Made by a program: the position numbers and the translations under genes. Shown piece after piece: positions 39,205 through 49,255 of a stretch of DNA of 64,000 bases. How positions within the stretch are numbered: the stretch's first letter is position 1; each line of letters begins with the position of its first letter. The DNA lies in the IMG/VR virus record IMGVR_UViG_3300023174_003901, positions 32,001 through 96,000 of that record. One strand, written 5' to 3'. Below the pieces are notes generated by a model. It had not been told where the DNA came from, did no database searches, and saw nothing but the letters and a program-made list of their open reading frames with translations. The stretch comes from a virus. Its lineage: Duplodnaviria; Caudoviricetes.

Positions 39205-40293
39205 ATGTGGGAGTGTCCTGCTATTGATCACGGAGTGACTATTTTTCCAGACGGAAGAATAAGGCCATGTTGCCAAACATCAGCAGAATATAGTAAACCA
39301 CTGAGTGAAATTAAAAATCCTGCCCGATTTCAAGATCTAAAATCTCTTGACAACCCTAATGCTTGTAAATCTTGTTGGCACAAAGAACAACAAGGTTTTG
39401 ATAGTTATCGAAAGATGTATCAAACAAAAGTTACAAACGCCGACGGCATTCAATTTTTAGATGTAAGACACAGCAATCAGTGCAATCTCAAATGCCGATA
39501 TTGTAATCCTCACTTTAGTAATCAGTGGGCAAAAGAATTATCCTACCCTATAACTTTACAACAAAGCAAGTTTGATGACTATTTAGATCACTTGCTCACA
39601 AAGGATCTGGTAGAAATTTACTGGTGTGGTGGTGAGCCATTGATCAACAGCGATCATTACAACATGCTGGAGACATTAATTGCAAATGGTCTTAGCAAAA
39701 ATATCAAATTACGATACAATACTAATTTTACAGTAATACAATACAAAGATAAAAATGTGTTTGATCTCTGGCAAGAATTTAAATCCGTTAGTATTTCTAT
39801 CAGTGTAGATGCAGTTGGTGAAATATCCAATTATATTAGATCGGGCAGTAACTGGGATACCATATCTACTAATATAGATTTGGCACTAGAAAAAATTCAG
39901 AAGAATCATAAAATATCTATTAGTCTTTCGCCGGTGGTAAGTTTGCTCAGTATATGGACACTGCCCGAGTTATACAGGTACGCTGAACATAAAAAAATAT
40001 CAGTCAGCCCAATCTTATTGCACGGACCGGACTATTTGTCATTGATGGCAATACACACCAAACTGAAGCCATTGGCAATATCTACATTAAATTCCATACG
40101 CAATCAACTTGGACAAAACTACGATCAATTCATGTTACAATTAACTGAAGACGATAATGAATATCTGTTCAATCATGCAGTAAGGCATATATTGCTATTA
40201 GACAAGTTGAGACAAGAAAAATTATTTGATTTGCTACCATTTCAACAATTAGCAATAGAACTTACATTAAAAAATTATGACTACGAATTATAA
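39205..40293 (+). CDS. Radical SAM protein with N-terminal twitch domain (AT-rich)
   Basis: C...GRIRPCC...CKSCW, then CNLKCRYC and GGEP; start at the ATG just after the upstream stop. Confidence 0.9.
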   Translation: MWECPAIDHGVTIFPDGRIRPCCQTSAEYSKPLSEIKNPARFQDLKSLDNPNACKSCWHKEQQGFDSYRKMYQTKVTNADGIQFLDVRHSNQCNLKCRYCNPHFSNQWAKELSYPITLQQSKFDDYLDHLLTKDLVEIYWCGGEPLINSDHYNMLETLIANGLSKNIKLRYNTNFTVIQYKDKNVFDLWQEFKSVSISISVDAVGEISNYIRSGSNWDTISTNIDLALEKIQKNHKISISLSPVVSLLSIWTLPELYRYAEHKKISVSPILLHGPDYLSLMAIHTKLKPLAISTLNSIRNQLGQNYDQFMLQLTEDDNEYLFNHAVRHILLLDKLRQEKLFDLLPFQQLAIELTLKNYDYEL

Positions 40294-41659
40294 AAGTGTG
40301 TTTATGGGGGCAGCAGAACAAATGAAAGACCAACTTGGACACGCTTTATGTTTGGCCAAATGGAAACAAGTGAGTTTGCACTTGCCCACTGGACTCAACA
40401 ACTCCTGTTATCATCCGCCCTTGCATGCTATTCCTCAAGAGAATCTCACAAACAATCCCAGCAGTTTGCACAACACACCACACAAAAAAGAACAACGTAA
40501 AATCATGTTGCGTCAGGAGCGACCTACAGAGTGTAGTTATTGCTGGAACATGGAAGATCAGGGCAAACTGTCAGATAGGCATTATCGTTCAGGCGAACCC
40601 TGGGCCGCAGTGGACTTTGAACAAATAAAAAATTCAACAGGAGCCGAAGATGACATTATCCCTAGTTATGTTGAAGTTAATTTTAATAACGCTTGCAATC
40701 TCAAGTGTAGTTATTGTAGTCCTCAATTTAGTAGCAGTTGGGCAGATGAAGCCCAGAGAATGGGGCCTTATGCTACCAGTACTCCGCACAACAGCATGGA
40801 TCATTTTACCGGGAATAGGCGCATTATTCCTGCCCGAGAGCATAACCCTTATGTAGAAGCATTTTGGAAGTGGTGGCCCACGCTATACCCTGAATTAGAA
40901 CACTTTAGAATGACCGGTGGCGAGCCCCTAATGGACAAAAATACATATCGGGTATTTGATTATGTGTTGGCCAATCCATCTAAGAAACTGCACCTAAACG
41001 TTACCAGTAACTTTTCAGTAGAGCCAGAGTTGTTCAAACGGTATCTTGACTCGGTAAAAAACATCTGTGACGGCCGTATTGAACACTTTATGCAGTATGT
41101 GAGTGTGGACTCAGGCATACCCGCGCAGGCTGAGTACATAAGGCATGGACTTGACTACATGCGAATGTTTGAGAATGCCAACCGTTATTTAAAAGAGGTA
41201 CCATCCTATAATAGCCTCACATTTATCATTACCATGAACAATCTTTCAGTAACAGGATTAAAATCTTTACTGGGTTGGATACTGTTTCTAAGAAGAACAC
41301 ACAGTCGAACCTATCAACGGGTATGGTTTGACACCCCTGTGTTACGCACACCCACGTGGCAGAGTTTGCAAATTTTGCCCGAAAGTTATGCACTTAAACT
41401 TGAAGAAGTCAAACAGTTCATGCTGGAACACATGGAAGATCCACGGTACCCACATCAAGGATTCAAAGACTACGAAGTAGCAAGACTAGATCGAGACATT
41501 GCCTGGATGCGCAGTGCGCAGACACAAGATCATAGTCAAGCACGAGCAGACTTTTATAGATTCTTTGCGGAACATGATCAACGCCGAGGCACAGACTTCT
41601 TGGCCGCCTTTCCTGAGATGCGGTCGTGGTGGGAAGAGTGTAGATATCATGCTAGGTAA
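40277..41659 (+). CDS. Radical SAM protein with N-terminal twitch-like domain (KW/SCYH subtype)
   Basis: CLAKW...SCYHP...CSYCW, then CNLKCSYC and TGGEP. Confidence 0.9.
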   Translation: MTTNYKSVFMGAAEQMKDQLGHALCLAKWKQVSLHLPTGLNNSCYHPPLHAIPQENLTNNPSSLHNTPHKKEQRKIMLRQERPTECSYCWNMEDQGKLSDRHYRSGEPWAAVDFEQIKNSTGAEDDIIPSYVEVNFNNACNLKCSYCSPQFSSSWADEAQRMGPYATSTPHNSMDHFTGNRRIIPAREHNPYVEAFWKWWPTLYPELEHFRMTGGEPLMDKNTYRVFDYVLANPSKKLHLNVTSNFSVEPELFKRYLDSVKNICDGRIEHFMQYVSVDSGIPAQAEYIRHGLDYMRMFENANRYLKEVPSYNSLTFIITMNNLSVTGLKSLLGWILFLRRTHSRTYQRVWFDTPVLRTPTWQSLQILPESYALKLEEVKQFMLEHMEDPRYPHQGFKDYEVARLDRDIAWMRSAQTQDHSQARADFYRFFAEHDQRRGTDFLAAFPEMRSWWEECRYHAR

Positions 41660-42758
41660 TCGCCGACTGGTGTGCGACACTTCCTGTGAGATACATGCAG
41701 AAATACAGCATCTGACAGATGATACATTTTGGGACTTTGAGCAATACAATCCTTGTGCCAACGATATTGTTGTACTGGCTAGACAAACTGTAAATCGCTA
41801 TGCAGACCGTGTAAAAAAAATAACTGAAATCTGTTTGCCTGTGTTGGCCAATCCTTCAGAAGGATCACAAACTCTTAAACTACAATGTCAACGATTGGGT
41901 CTATTAGATTTGATTCAACAAAAGAAGTTGCTGTTGGTAGGATGTGGAGATATGGAGCCTGAACTCAACTGCATGGTCTACGATCATTATGCTTACAGAG
42001 CAACTTGTTATGCAAGTAATACAGAACAGGGTGCCAGAGCAGACGAAATCTATAGCAAGTTGCACAAGCCCTACAAATTTTTGTTTCTAAATGGTCGCAC
42101 AAGACCGCACAGAAAATACATGATAGAACTCATGCGTGATGCTGGACTGTTGGATCACGCACTATGGACCAACTTGGATACTACCCCGGTATACAATCAT
42201 ACCTATTCAACTGACCTGTTTGAAAGGCCCAGTGAGATACGTCTGTTGCCCTCTGAATACGAAGTAGAACAATTTCATGCAGGGCAGAAAGATCAATATC
42301 AACATGCCTTTGTCAAGCACGAATTGTTTGATAATACCTGGGGTGACGTGTATATTCGTGCAGAGCCTTACATAGATACCTACTTCAGTTTGGTGTCAGA
42401 AACTGTGTGCGATTATCCTTACAGCCTACGCAGTGAAAAGATCTACAAACCCATTGCTATGGCACATCCGTTTGTGGCTGTGGCCAATTGTGGCTTTTAT
42501 CGAGACCTGCACAATGCAGGATTTCAAACATTTGGGCACTTGATTGATGAATCATTTGACACAATAGACAACAATCAAGACCGATTGAATCGAATTGCAC
42601 AAGTAGTACAAGACTTGTGTGCCAGTGATCTGGCAGAATTTCTGGTTGCAAGTCGAGCCGTAACTAAGTATAATCAACAACACTTGGCGGTAGAAGGAAT
42701 CCGAATCTTTCGAGAATTTCCTGACCGTTTTGTCAATTTTATCCAAAACAATTTGTGA
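41649..42758 (+). CDS. Putative GT-B fold glycosyltransferase-like protein (GT10-like C-terminus)
   Basis: FLFLNGRTRPHR...YFSLVSET...SEKIYKPI...HPF...GFQTF...IDESFD; ATG at 41649. Confidence 0.45.
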   Translation: MLGNRRLVCDTSCEIHAEIQHLTDDTFWDFEQYNPCANDIVVLARQTVNRYADRVKKITEICLPVLANPSEGSQTLKLQCQRLGLLDLIQQKKLLLVGCGDMEPELNCMVYDHYAYRATCYASNTEQGARADEIYSKLHKPYKFLFLNGRTRPHRKYMIELMRDAGLLDHALWTNLDTTPVYNHTYSTDLFERPSEIRLLPSEYEVEQFHAGQKDQYQHAFVKHELFDNTWGDVYIRAEPYIDTYFSLVSETVCDYPYSLRSEKIYKPIAMAHPFVAVANCGFYRDLHNAGFQTFGHLIDESFDTIDNNQDRLNRIAQVVQDLCASDLAEFLVASRAVTKYNQQHLAVEGIRIFREFPDRFVNFIQNNL

Positions 42759-44086
42759 ACGATTTAGATTTTAAACAAGAAGTATTAGACCGATTCTCAG
42801 CCAGTTTCTGTGCGGCAAAATGGTATAACGCAACCATTTGGTTAGGAAGTGGGCAGACCACAAGTTGCCATCACCCGCCAGCCCATTTGGTGGATCTGGA
42901 TCAAGTCCGCGCCAACCCTAGGCTGTTGCACAACACTGATCAAAAGAAACAGGATCGTCGCAAGATGCTTCTCGGGGAGCGTCCCTCTGGCTGTGAGTAT
43001 TGTTGGAAGATTGAAGACATGGGGTCAGATGCAATCAGTGACCGTGTGTACAAAAGCAAAATATATCCTATAGAGGCCTTGAATGAAGCATTTAATACTG
43101 CACCCGATGCCGACGTCAATCTCCGTACCTTGGAAATTGCTTTTGATCGCACTTGTCAATTTGCTTGCAGTTATTGCAACCCTGCTTTTAGCACAACTTG
43201 GGCTAATGATATCAAACGTAACGGACCCTACACTAATTTGGTCAGTGATGGCCGCAACCATTTTACTCACACTCACGACAGTGCTCAGTTGTTTAAGATC
43301 ACAGAGAGTAATCCCTATATTGATGCATTTTTTGAATGGTGGGAAACGGATCTACATCATACCCTGCAGGAACTCAGAATCACCGGAGGAGAGCCCCTCA
43401 TGTCCCACCACACCTGGCGGCTTATTGACTGGTTTAAGAGTAATACGGGCAAGAGTCACACACGCCTGGCAATCAACAGTAATCTGGGCACCGAAGTTGA
43501 TATTGACCGACTGCTTGCCAGCACACAAGGAATGGCCATTGACCTATACACCAGCAATGAGGCAACGTCAACTCAGGCAGAATACATCCGTGACGGACTT
43601 GTCTGGGACGACTGGGCCAACAACGTAGAACGCTTGCTGGACTCCGGTCAGTTCCGCGGCATACATTTGATGTGTACCATTAACGCACTATGCTTGACAA
43701 CACTGGATCAACTGTTGGAAACCATGCTACAATGGAAAACAGAATATGGAAAGGATGCGGTGAGTTTCACATTAAACATCTTGCGTTTTCCGTCATTTCA
43801 ATCGCCATTGATTTTGCCCGATGATATTCGCACTGGATACATGTTGTTACTACGTGACTGGCTGTTAAACAACTGCGGCAGCGAATTCTTGCACGAGCAT
43901 GAGATTAATCATCTACAACGTCTGATAGACTATTTGGATGTGGTCAAAACTCCGCACTCAGAAGCATTTGATCGTCCCCGGTTGCTGAACGATTTTCGTC
44001 AGTTCTACACGCAGTATGATCAACGCAGGGGCAAGAACTTTACGGCGACATTCCCTGAACTAAAAGAATGGTACAACTCATTATGA
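42755..44086 (+). CDS. Radical SAM protein with N-terminal twitch-like domain (KW/SCHH subtype)
   Basis: CAAKW...SCHHP...CEYCW, then CQFACSYC and TGGEP; GTGA overlap. Confidence 0.9.
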   Translation: MNDLDFKQEVLDRFSASFCAAKWYNATIWLGSGQTTSCHHPPAHLVDLDQVRANPRLLHNTDQKKQDRRKMLLGERPSGCEYCWKIEDMGSDAISDRVYKSKIYPIEALNEAFNTAPDADVNLRTLEIAFDRTCQFACSYCNPAFSTTWANDIKRNGPYTNLVSDGRNHFTHTHDSAQLFKITESNPYIDAFFEWWETDLHHTLQELRITGGEPLMSHHTWRLIDWFKSNTGKSHTRLAINSNLGTEVDIDRLLASTQGMAIDLYTSNEATSTQAEYIRDGLVWDDWANNVERLLDSGQFRGIHLMCTINALCLTTLDQLLETMLQWKTEYGKDAVSFTLNILRFPSFQSPLILPDDIRTGYMLLLRDWLLNNCGSEFLHEHEINHLQRLIDYLDVVKTPHSEAFDRPRLLNDFRQFYTQYDQRRGKNFTATFPELKEWYNSL

Positions 44087-45747
44087 AAATATTAGGCACA
44101 ATAGATCTTGCACAGTTTTCAAAACAAGATTATGACACTGGAAAAAAATGGTTGCGAGACCAATTAAAAAATTTACGTAAAGATCATTTTGAAACAGACG
44201 AAAGAATCATTGTTGTTCATTCTTGGGATTACTATGTGAAAGAACACGAGCAGGCTGGGTTGATATTAAAAAATTTGCAAGTGATACTCAATGAAGAAGA
44301 TATATCCTGTTGTTTTGTTCAGTTACAAACTACCAACCCCAACATCGAACAAGAACTCACAGAGATACAAAAGATAAATGTAGATTATAACACCATAGAA
44401 CATCAGATAATTCCCGGACCATACGATCGTCAACTGTTGAATCGTTATCCCTACAGTAGAGAAGAAGAATATCAATATGGTTCAGCCAATCCAGTCAAGG
44501 TAAATCTTGCCAGTTTGTCTTTAAAAGAACAGCATCTATTGAGCCAAAGCAAGACTTTCTGTATGTATCCTTGGGTACACTTACACGCTTGGCCCAATGG
44601 GCAAGCATATCCTTGCTGTCACGCTGAATCAACTCCGCAATTTGGATCCACTAGAACACAGTCACTGGCAGAGATCTGGAATGGCCAGCCAATGAAAAAA
44701 TTACGTCAAGACATGCTGACAGAAACGCCCAACAGCACATGCACACGTTGTTATGAACAGGAAGAGTCAGGGTTCTTTTCTGGCAGACAAAGCAGTAACA
44801 AGCACCACGGACATCACGTGGATCGAGTTGCAAAAACTTTGCCTGACGGGCATGTTGAACAATTTGAAATGACATATTGGGACATTCGTTTTTCAAACTT
44901 ATGTAACTTAAAGTGTAGATCATGCGGGCATATATTTTCAAGCCAGTGGTATCAAGATCAAGCAAAACTTGCAGGACCCGAATGGAAAGACCGCAACACA
45001 GTTCTCAACTATGCAGGCCGCACAGAAACAGACATGTGGACGCAGTTAGAGCCACATTTGGACTATGTAGAACAAATTTACTTTGCAGGTGGTGAGCCAT
45101 TGTTAATGGAAGAACACTACAACATTCTTGAAGAACTGGTCAAGCGCAAACGTTTTGATGTACGACTGATCTACAACACCAACTTCACGCACACCGATCT
45201 AAAGGGCAGGTCAGTATTTGAATACTGGCGGCAGTTTGAAAGCGTGGCCGTAGGTGCCAGTCTAGATGGCATGGGACTGCCTGCTGAATATATTAGAAAA
45301 GGCACCAAGTGGTACGACGTTGTTCAAAATCGTCATCGAATGATTGCAACATGTCCCAATGTGGACTTTTATATTAGCCCCACACTCAGCATAATGAATG
45401 CATGGCACTTGCCGGACTTTCATAGAGAATGGGTAGCACATGGACTGATTCGCGCACAGGATTTAAATGTAAATATATTGCAAGATCCCCCACACTATAG
45501 AATAGATATTGCACCAACTGAATACAAACAACGCTTGGAAGAAAAGTATTTGAAACACCTATCCTGGATGAGCGACAGAGATTCGTTAAGCCGTGCCACA
45601 CAAGGATTCCGAAGCGCCATTGCCTTTATGAACGCAACAGACAACACACAACTAATAGACACATTCTGGCGCAAAACAAATGAGTTGGACGAAATTAGAA
45701 ATGAATCGTGGCGTCACGCATTGCCAGAATTGGCGGCATTAAAATGA
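44083..45747 (+). CDS. Radical SAM protein with twitch domain and an extra AT-rich N-terminal domain
   Basis: CMYPW...PCC...CTRC, then CNLKCRSC and GGEP; ATGA-coupled start at 44083. Confidence 0.9.
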   Translation: MKILGTIDLAQFSKQDYDTGKKWLRDQLKNLRKDHFETDERIIVVHSWDYYVKEHEQAGLILKNLQVILNEEDISCCFVQLQTTNPNIEQELTEIQKINVDYNTIEHQIIPGPYDRQLLNRYPYSREEEYQYGSANPVKVNLASLSLKEQHLLSQSKTFCMYPWVHLHAWPNGQAYPCCHAESTPQFGSTRTQSLAEIWNGQPMKKLRQDMLTETPNSTCTRCYEQEESGFFSGRQSSNKHHGHHVDRVAKTLPDGHVEQFEMTYWDIRFSNLCNLKCRSCGHIFSSQWYQDQAKLAGPEWKDRNTVLNYAGRTETDMWTQLEPHLDYVEQIYFAGGEPLLMEEHYNILEELVKRKRFDVRLIYNTNFTHTDLKGRSVFEYWRQFESVAVGASLDGMGLPAEYIRKGTKWYDVVQNRHRMIATCPNVDFYISPTLSIMNAWHLPDFHREWVAHGLIRAQDLNVNILQDPPHYRIDIAPTEYKQRLEEKYLKHLSWMSDRDSLSRATQGFRSAIAFMNATDNTQLIDTFWRKTNELDEIRNESWRHALPELAALK

Positions 45748-46949
45748 ATTTGCCACATAGCAAATTTTGTGTGTTGCCTTGGGTCAGTTTAGAAGCATCT
45801 CCCATTGGGACTGTGCGCCCGTGTTGTTTGGCCGATGACGAAATTTTAGACAACACTGGTAACAAATTTAATCTTACTACTGCTAACTTTGCAGACATAC
45901 AATCTAGCAGTCACATGCAGAGCCTACGACAACAGTTTCTTGATGGAAACCAACCTGCTACTTGTCGCAAATGCTGGTCAGAAGAAGATGCTGGACGCAC
46001 CTCAAAACGCATGCACACCTTGGATAGACTCAAACACATGGGCATCACGGCCGAGTGGACTCACGACGCCAAGCCACTCATGTTCTTGGATCTCAAACTG
46101 GGCAACATCTGCAACTTGAAATGTCGTATATGCGGATCATGGTCCAGCAGTAGTTTTGCTGTGGAAGAAATTGCCAACTCAGTAGAAGCACATAGTAAGA
46201 CAAGTTTTGCTTATCAGATGTTAAAAGCCGGACGCTGGCCCAGAGAGAACGATACCTTTTGGGCAGAGATTGATACAGTTGTTGATGACATACGCTATAT
46301 TGAATTCACGGGTGGCGAGCCATTCATGATTGCAGAGCATTTTGATATGTTGCAGGGCATGGTGGATCGCGGTATTGCACAGCAGGTAGAAATACACTAC
46401 AACACAAATGGCACACAGTATCCTGAACACGCCATTGAAATCTGGAAGCATTTTAAAACAGTAGAAATAGCATTCTCCATTGACGACTTGTGTGAACGAT
46501 TTGAATATCAGAGGTCAGGCGCCAAGTGGGTAGACGTGCAAAGAAACATTGAATTGTTTCGTCAAATGCGCCAGACGCATAAAAACATTCAATTGCAATG
46601 TTGCTCCACAGTAAACATATTCAATGTGCGTTACATAGATCAATTGGCACACTGGATCAGTGTTCAAGGCTTTGACTTTGTGTACTGGAATATCATGCAT
46701 GACGCACCGTATTTTTCCATTGCAGCCTTGCCTGACTCGGCCAAGCAGGCCGTTGCTGAATATTTGTCAACAGCGCGGACAGGATACCAAAAAGACTTTG
46801 AGGGCATTGTAGATTTCATGATGCAAGGCCAATCAACTGATGGAGTTGAAACATGCCAGCAAATACAAAAACTAGATCGCTGGCGTAATCAGAACTTGAC
46901 AGATGTTGCACCCGAACTAGCCAAACTGCTAAATTATGTCAAAGCCTGA
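45744..46949 (+). CDS. Radical SAM protein with N-terminal twitch domain
   Basis: CVLPW...PCC...CRKCW, then CNLKCRIC and TGGEP; ATGA-coupled start at 45744. Confidence 0.9.
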   Translation: MNLPHSKFCVLPWVSLEASPIGTVRPCCLADDEILDNTGNKFNLTTANFADIQSSSHMQSLRQQFLDGNQPATCRKCWSEEDAGRTSKRMHTLDRLKHMGITAEWTHDAKPLMFLDLKLGNICNLKCRICGSWSSSSFAVEEIANSVEAHSKTSFAYQMLKAGRWPRENDTFWAEIDTVVDDIRYIEFTGGEPFMIAEHFDMLQGMVDRGIAQQVEIHYNTNGTQYPEHAIEIWKHFKTVEIAFSIDDLCERFEYQRSGAKWVDVQRNIELFRQMRQTHKNIQLQCCSTVNIFNVRYIDQLAHWISVQGFDFVYWNIMHDAPYFSIAALPDSAKQAVAEYLSTARTGYQKDFEGIVDFMMQGQSTDGVETCQQIQKLDRWRNQNLTDVAPELAKLLNYVKA

Positions 46950-48225
46950 TACCATGTGTTTGGCACCCTGGGTGCATACATATCTTTCACCGCAAACCGA
47001 GCGCAGAATATGTTGTGCGTCACGTGAACCTGCACAGAACTTTAAACAGTACATAGATACGTCAGCAGGCACAGGTCAGTACATACCCGTGACTCTTGAG
47101 GCGCATTGGAATTCAGAGCATATGAAAAGTGTGCGTCGTAGAATGATGGCTGGAGAAACTCTTCCAGAATGCGAAGTATGCAATGATAAACTACTTAACA
47201 CATCCGTATATCGCGATTATTTTTCACAATTGTTCGGCAGAAGACTTGATCGAGTATGGGATAGTACTGACCCAGATGGATCGACTACTATGCGCCCTGT
47301 GTCGTGGGATTATAGGTTCAGCAACCTGTGCAACTTTAAATGCAGAACCTGTGGAGACATGTTATCCTCGGCCTGGGAAAGTGAGCAGAAACAACATAAT
47401 ATGGTCAACTGGGCTGATCCAAAAAATAATTGGATGCGAGCAGATATACGCGGAGAAATACAATCATTCCAGCAAGATCAAATTGAAAGCGAATTCAGTA
47501 GTGCTGTGGAGCAACACCTGGTAGAAGAAGTATACTGGGTGGGCGGCGAGCCGCTGATGTATGAACAGCACTGGCGTTATATGAAAAGAATTGTGGAGTT
47601 AGGAGATGGATCTAAACTATATGCCAGATACAATACCAACCTTAGCAGAATTAATTATCGCGGCACTGATCTTTTTGGTGATATTCTCAGCCATGTCCGA
47701 GACTGGCAAATATGTGCTAGCCTGGATGGAACTAACGAGATTGGGGAATATATTCGTACAGGATTGAATTATGAACAGTTCTGTCGTAATTTTGAACACG
47801 GCCTACAGTACGCAACACACCCCAGACAAATGCGTCTTGATTTTACACTCACTCTCCCTGGAATGTTCGAAGTTGATGCAATGGAGGCATTATCACAGAA
47901 GTATGGAGTACAACTGTTAGCCAAAGTTATATTCAGTTTCTCACCAGATATCATTATGAGTCCATTGGCCCTGCCTAGAGAGTTATTAGATTCATGGGTT
48001 GACGAACTAGCAGGCCGCTCCGCAGGTGCCATGCGTGATGTACTGCTACAATTAAAACAGCGTCCGACATTTGAGGAACAATGGCCGGATCAATACCAAG
48101 CAGGGCTGAGTAAAGGCAAAGCCCGTGTGTTACGACTAGAGCAAATAAGAACACAAAGTGTGACAATGACAGATATCCTGGGCGCACGTCCAGAAGTACT
48201 AGAATGGTGGATGAAAATTGCTTGA
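46936..48225 (+). CDS. Radical SAM protein with N-terminal twitch domain
   Basis: CLAPW...ICC...CEVC, then CNFKCRTC and GGEP. Confidence 0.9.
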   Translation: MSKPDTMCLAPWVHTYLSPQTERRICCASREPAQNFKQYIDTSAGTGQYIPVTLEAHWNSEHMKSVRRRMMAGETLPECEVCNDKLLNTSVYRDYFSQLFGRRLDRVWDSTDPDGSTTMRPVSWDYRFSNLCNFKCRTCGDMLSSAWESEQKQHNMVNWADPKNNWMRADIRGEIQSFQQDQIESEFSSAVEQHLVEEVYWVGGEPLMYEQHWRYMKRIVELGDGSKLYARYNTNLSRINYRGTDLFGDILSHVRDWQICASLDGTNEIGEYIRTGLNYEQFCRNFEHGLQYATHPRQMRLDFTLTLPGMFEVDAMEALSQKYGVQLLAKVIFSFSPDIIMSPLALPRELLDSWVDELAGRSAGAMRDVLLQLKQRPTFEEQWPDQYQAGLSKGKARVLRLEQIRTQSVTMTDILGARPEVLEWWMKIA

Positions 48226-49255
48226 CCAAATTGAAATAGACTTATGTGGTAATAACGATCAATTATTGACTGTGTACATAGACGTTGCGGACAACAGTCT
48301 CAGCCGTAAATGGCTGGCCGCACTGAATGATATTGTTCAGAATGATCTACATTTAGAAAAGAATTATTGTTGGCTGGGCTGGGCAGAAAGTGCTCGTTCG
48401 GCAGAGTATTTGTGTACACAGATCAACCGATCAATTAATGTCATCAACTCCAGCAGTTTAGATTATCGCATACAAGACTTCTTTAGTCCCAGCAACGTGA
48501 TCGAAACAAATTTAGGCATCAATCACAGCAAAATGAATCAGTTGCATCGTTACTTTGAAGACTTACAAGGTACAGCAGGTGCAATGAGCCCTTACTACAA
48601 TCAAGCAGATGATTACACACGATGGCATATACGCCAATTAAATTTGTTGTGCCATGAACTAGAAAGTTTGGTCCTCAGCATGCGTAAAGCAAAAACTGCT
48701 CCAGAGTGGCGCAGGCCTAGCCAACTCATGTGTTGGTTAAATGCTCCGAGATTTGAATTAGAGGCGGAAGATTATGATCTCTTTGGTATCGATACTATTA
48801 ATCGTTGTATGGGCGGTGTGTATGTGGGAGTTAACAAAGCAGTGGGCAAGCACCATTGGGAAGTGTTCCAGGATGAAGGAAGGGATAGCCGTATTGGCGA
48901 ACTTATTACTACAAGTTTGCGGTCGCAAACTCAAGCCGCTGGGGACTTTGATATTGAATGGTCACGTGATCCCGGCGCATACCCTTGGCAAATCCAACAT
49001 CTGGCAGAGTTTCGAGAATGGCTTGAACGGAATGGATTCGACCCAGATGAACCGAGTCTTACAATCGGCCACCCTCAAGTCGGGTCGGTTGATCTCCAGA
49101 GGTCGTTTGGTACAGAAAACTGGGAAAACATATACTCGCAATTGAGTCAGCATCAAGACGTGTATAAAATACGTACCAGCACAGCCGAGGCTACATACAA
49201 CTACCACTGGAGTGATCCAGATTATACCGAACAACAAATTAGGAGTTTAAAATGA
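48218..49255 (+). CDS. Hypothetical protein within the island
   Basis: 345-aa ORF; TTG start overlaps the upstream stop; Trp/His-rich; no recognised motif. Confidence 0.75.
   Translation: MLDQIEIDLCGNNDQLLTVYIDVADNSLSRKWLAALNDIVQNDLHLEKNYCWLGWAESARSAEYLCTQINRSINVINSSSLDYRIQDFFSPSNVIETNLGINHSKMNQLHRYFEDLQGTAGAMSPYYNQADDYTRWHIRQLNLLCHELESLVLSMRKAKTAPEWRRPSQLMCWLNAPRFELEAEDYDLFGIDTINRCMGGVYVGVNKAVGKHHWEVFQDEGRDSRIGELITTSLRSQTQAAGDFDIEWSRDPGAYPWQIQHLAEFREWLERNGFDPDEPSLTIGHPQVGSVDLQRSFGTENWENIYSQLSQHQDVYKIRTSTAEATYNYHWSDPDYTEQQIRSLK

Noticed and set aside
41499-41648. Longest-ORF starts from the track (also 5581, 7925, 15150, 37916, 39172, 44068, 45708, 58103, 58893, 62564, 63555)
   Set aside because: Downstream starts are better supported by SD sequences, ATGA/GTG coupling or promoter position.
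39205-48225. Assigning the rSAM genes to MoaA, QueE, NrdG, PqqE or anSME
   Set aside because: Domain order is inverted and the partner genes for those pathways are absent.
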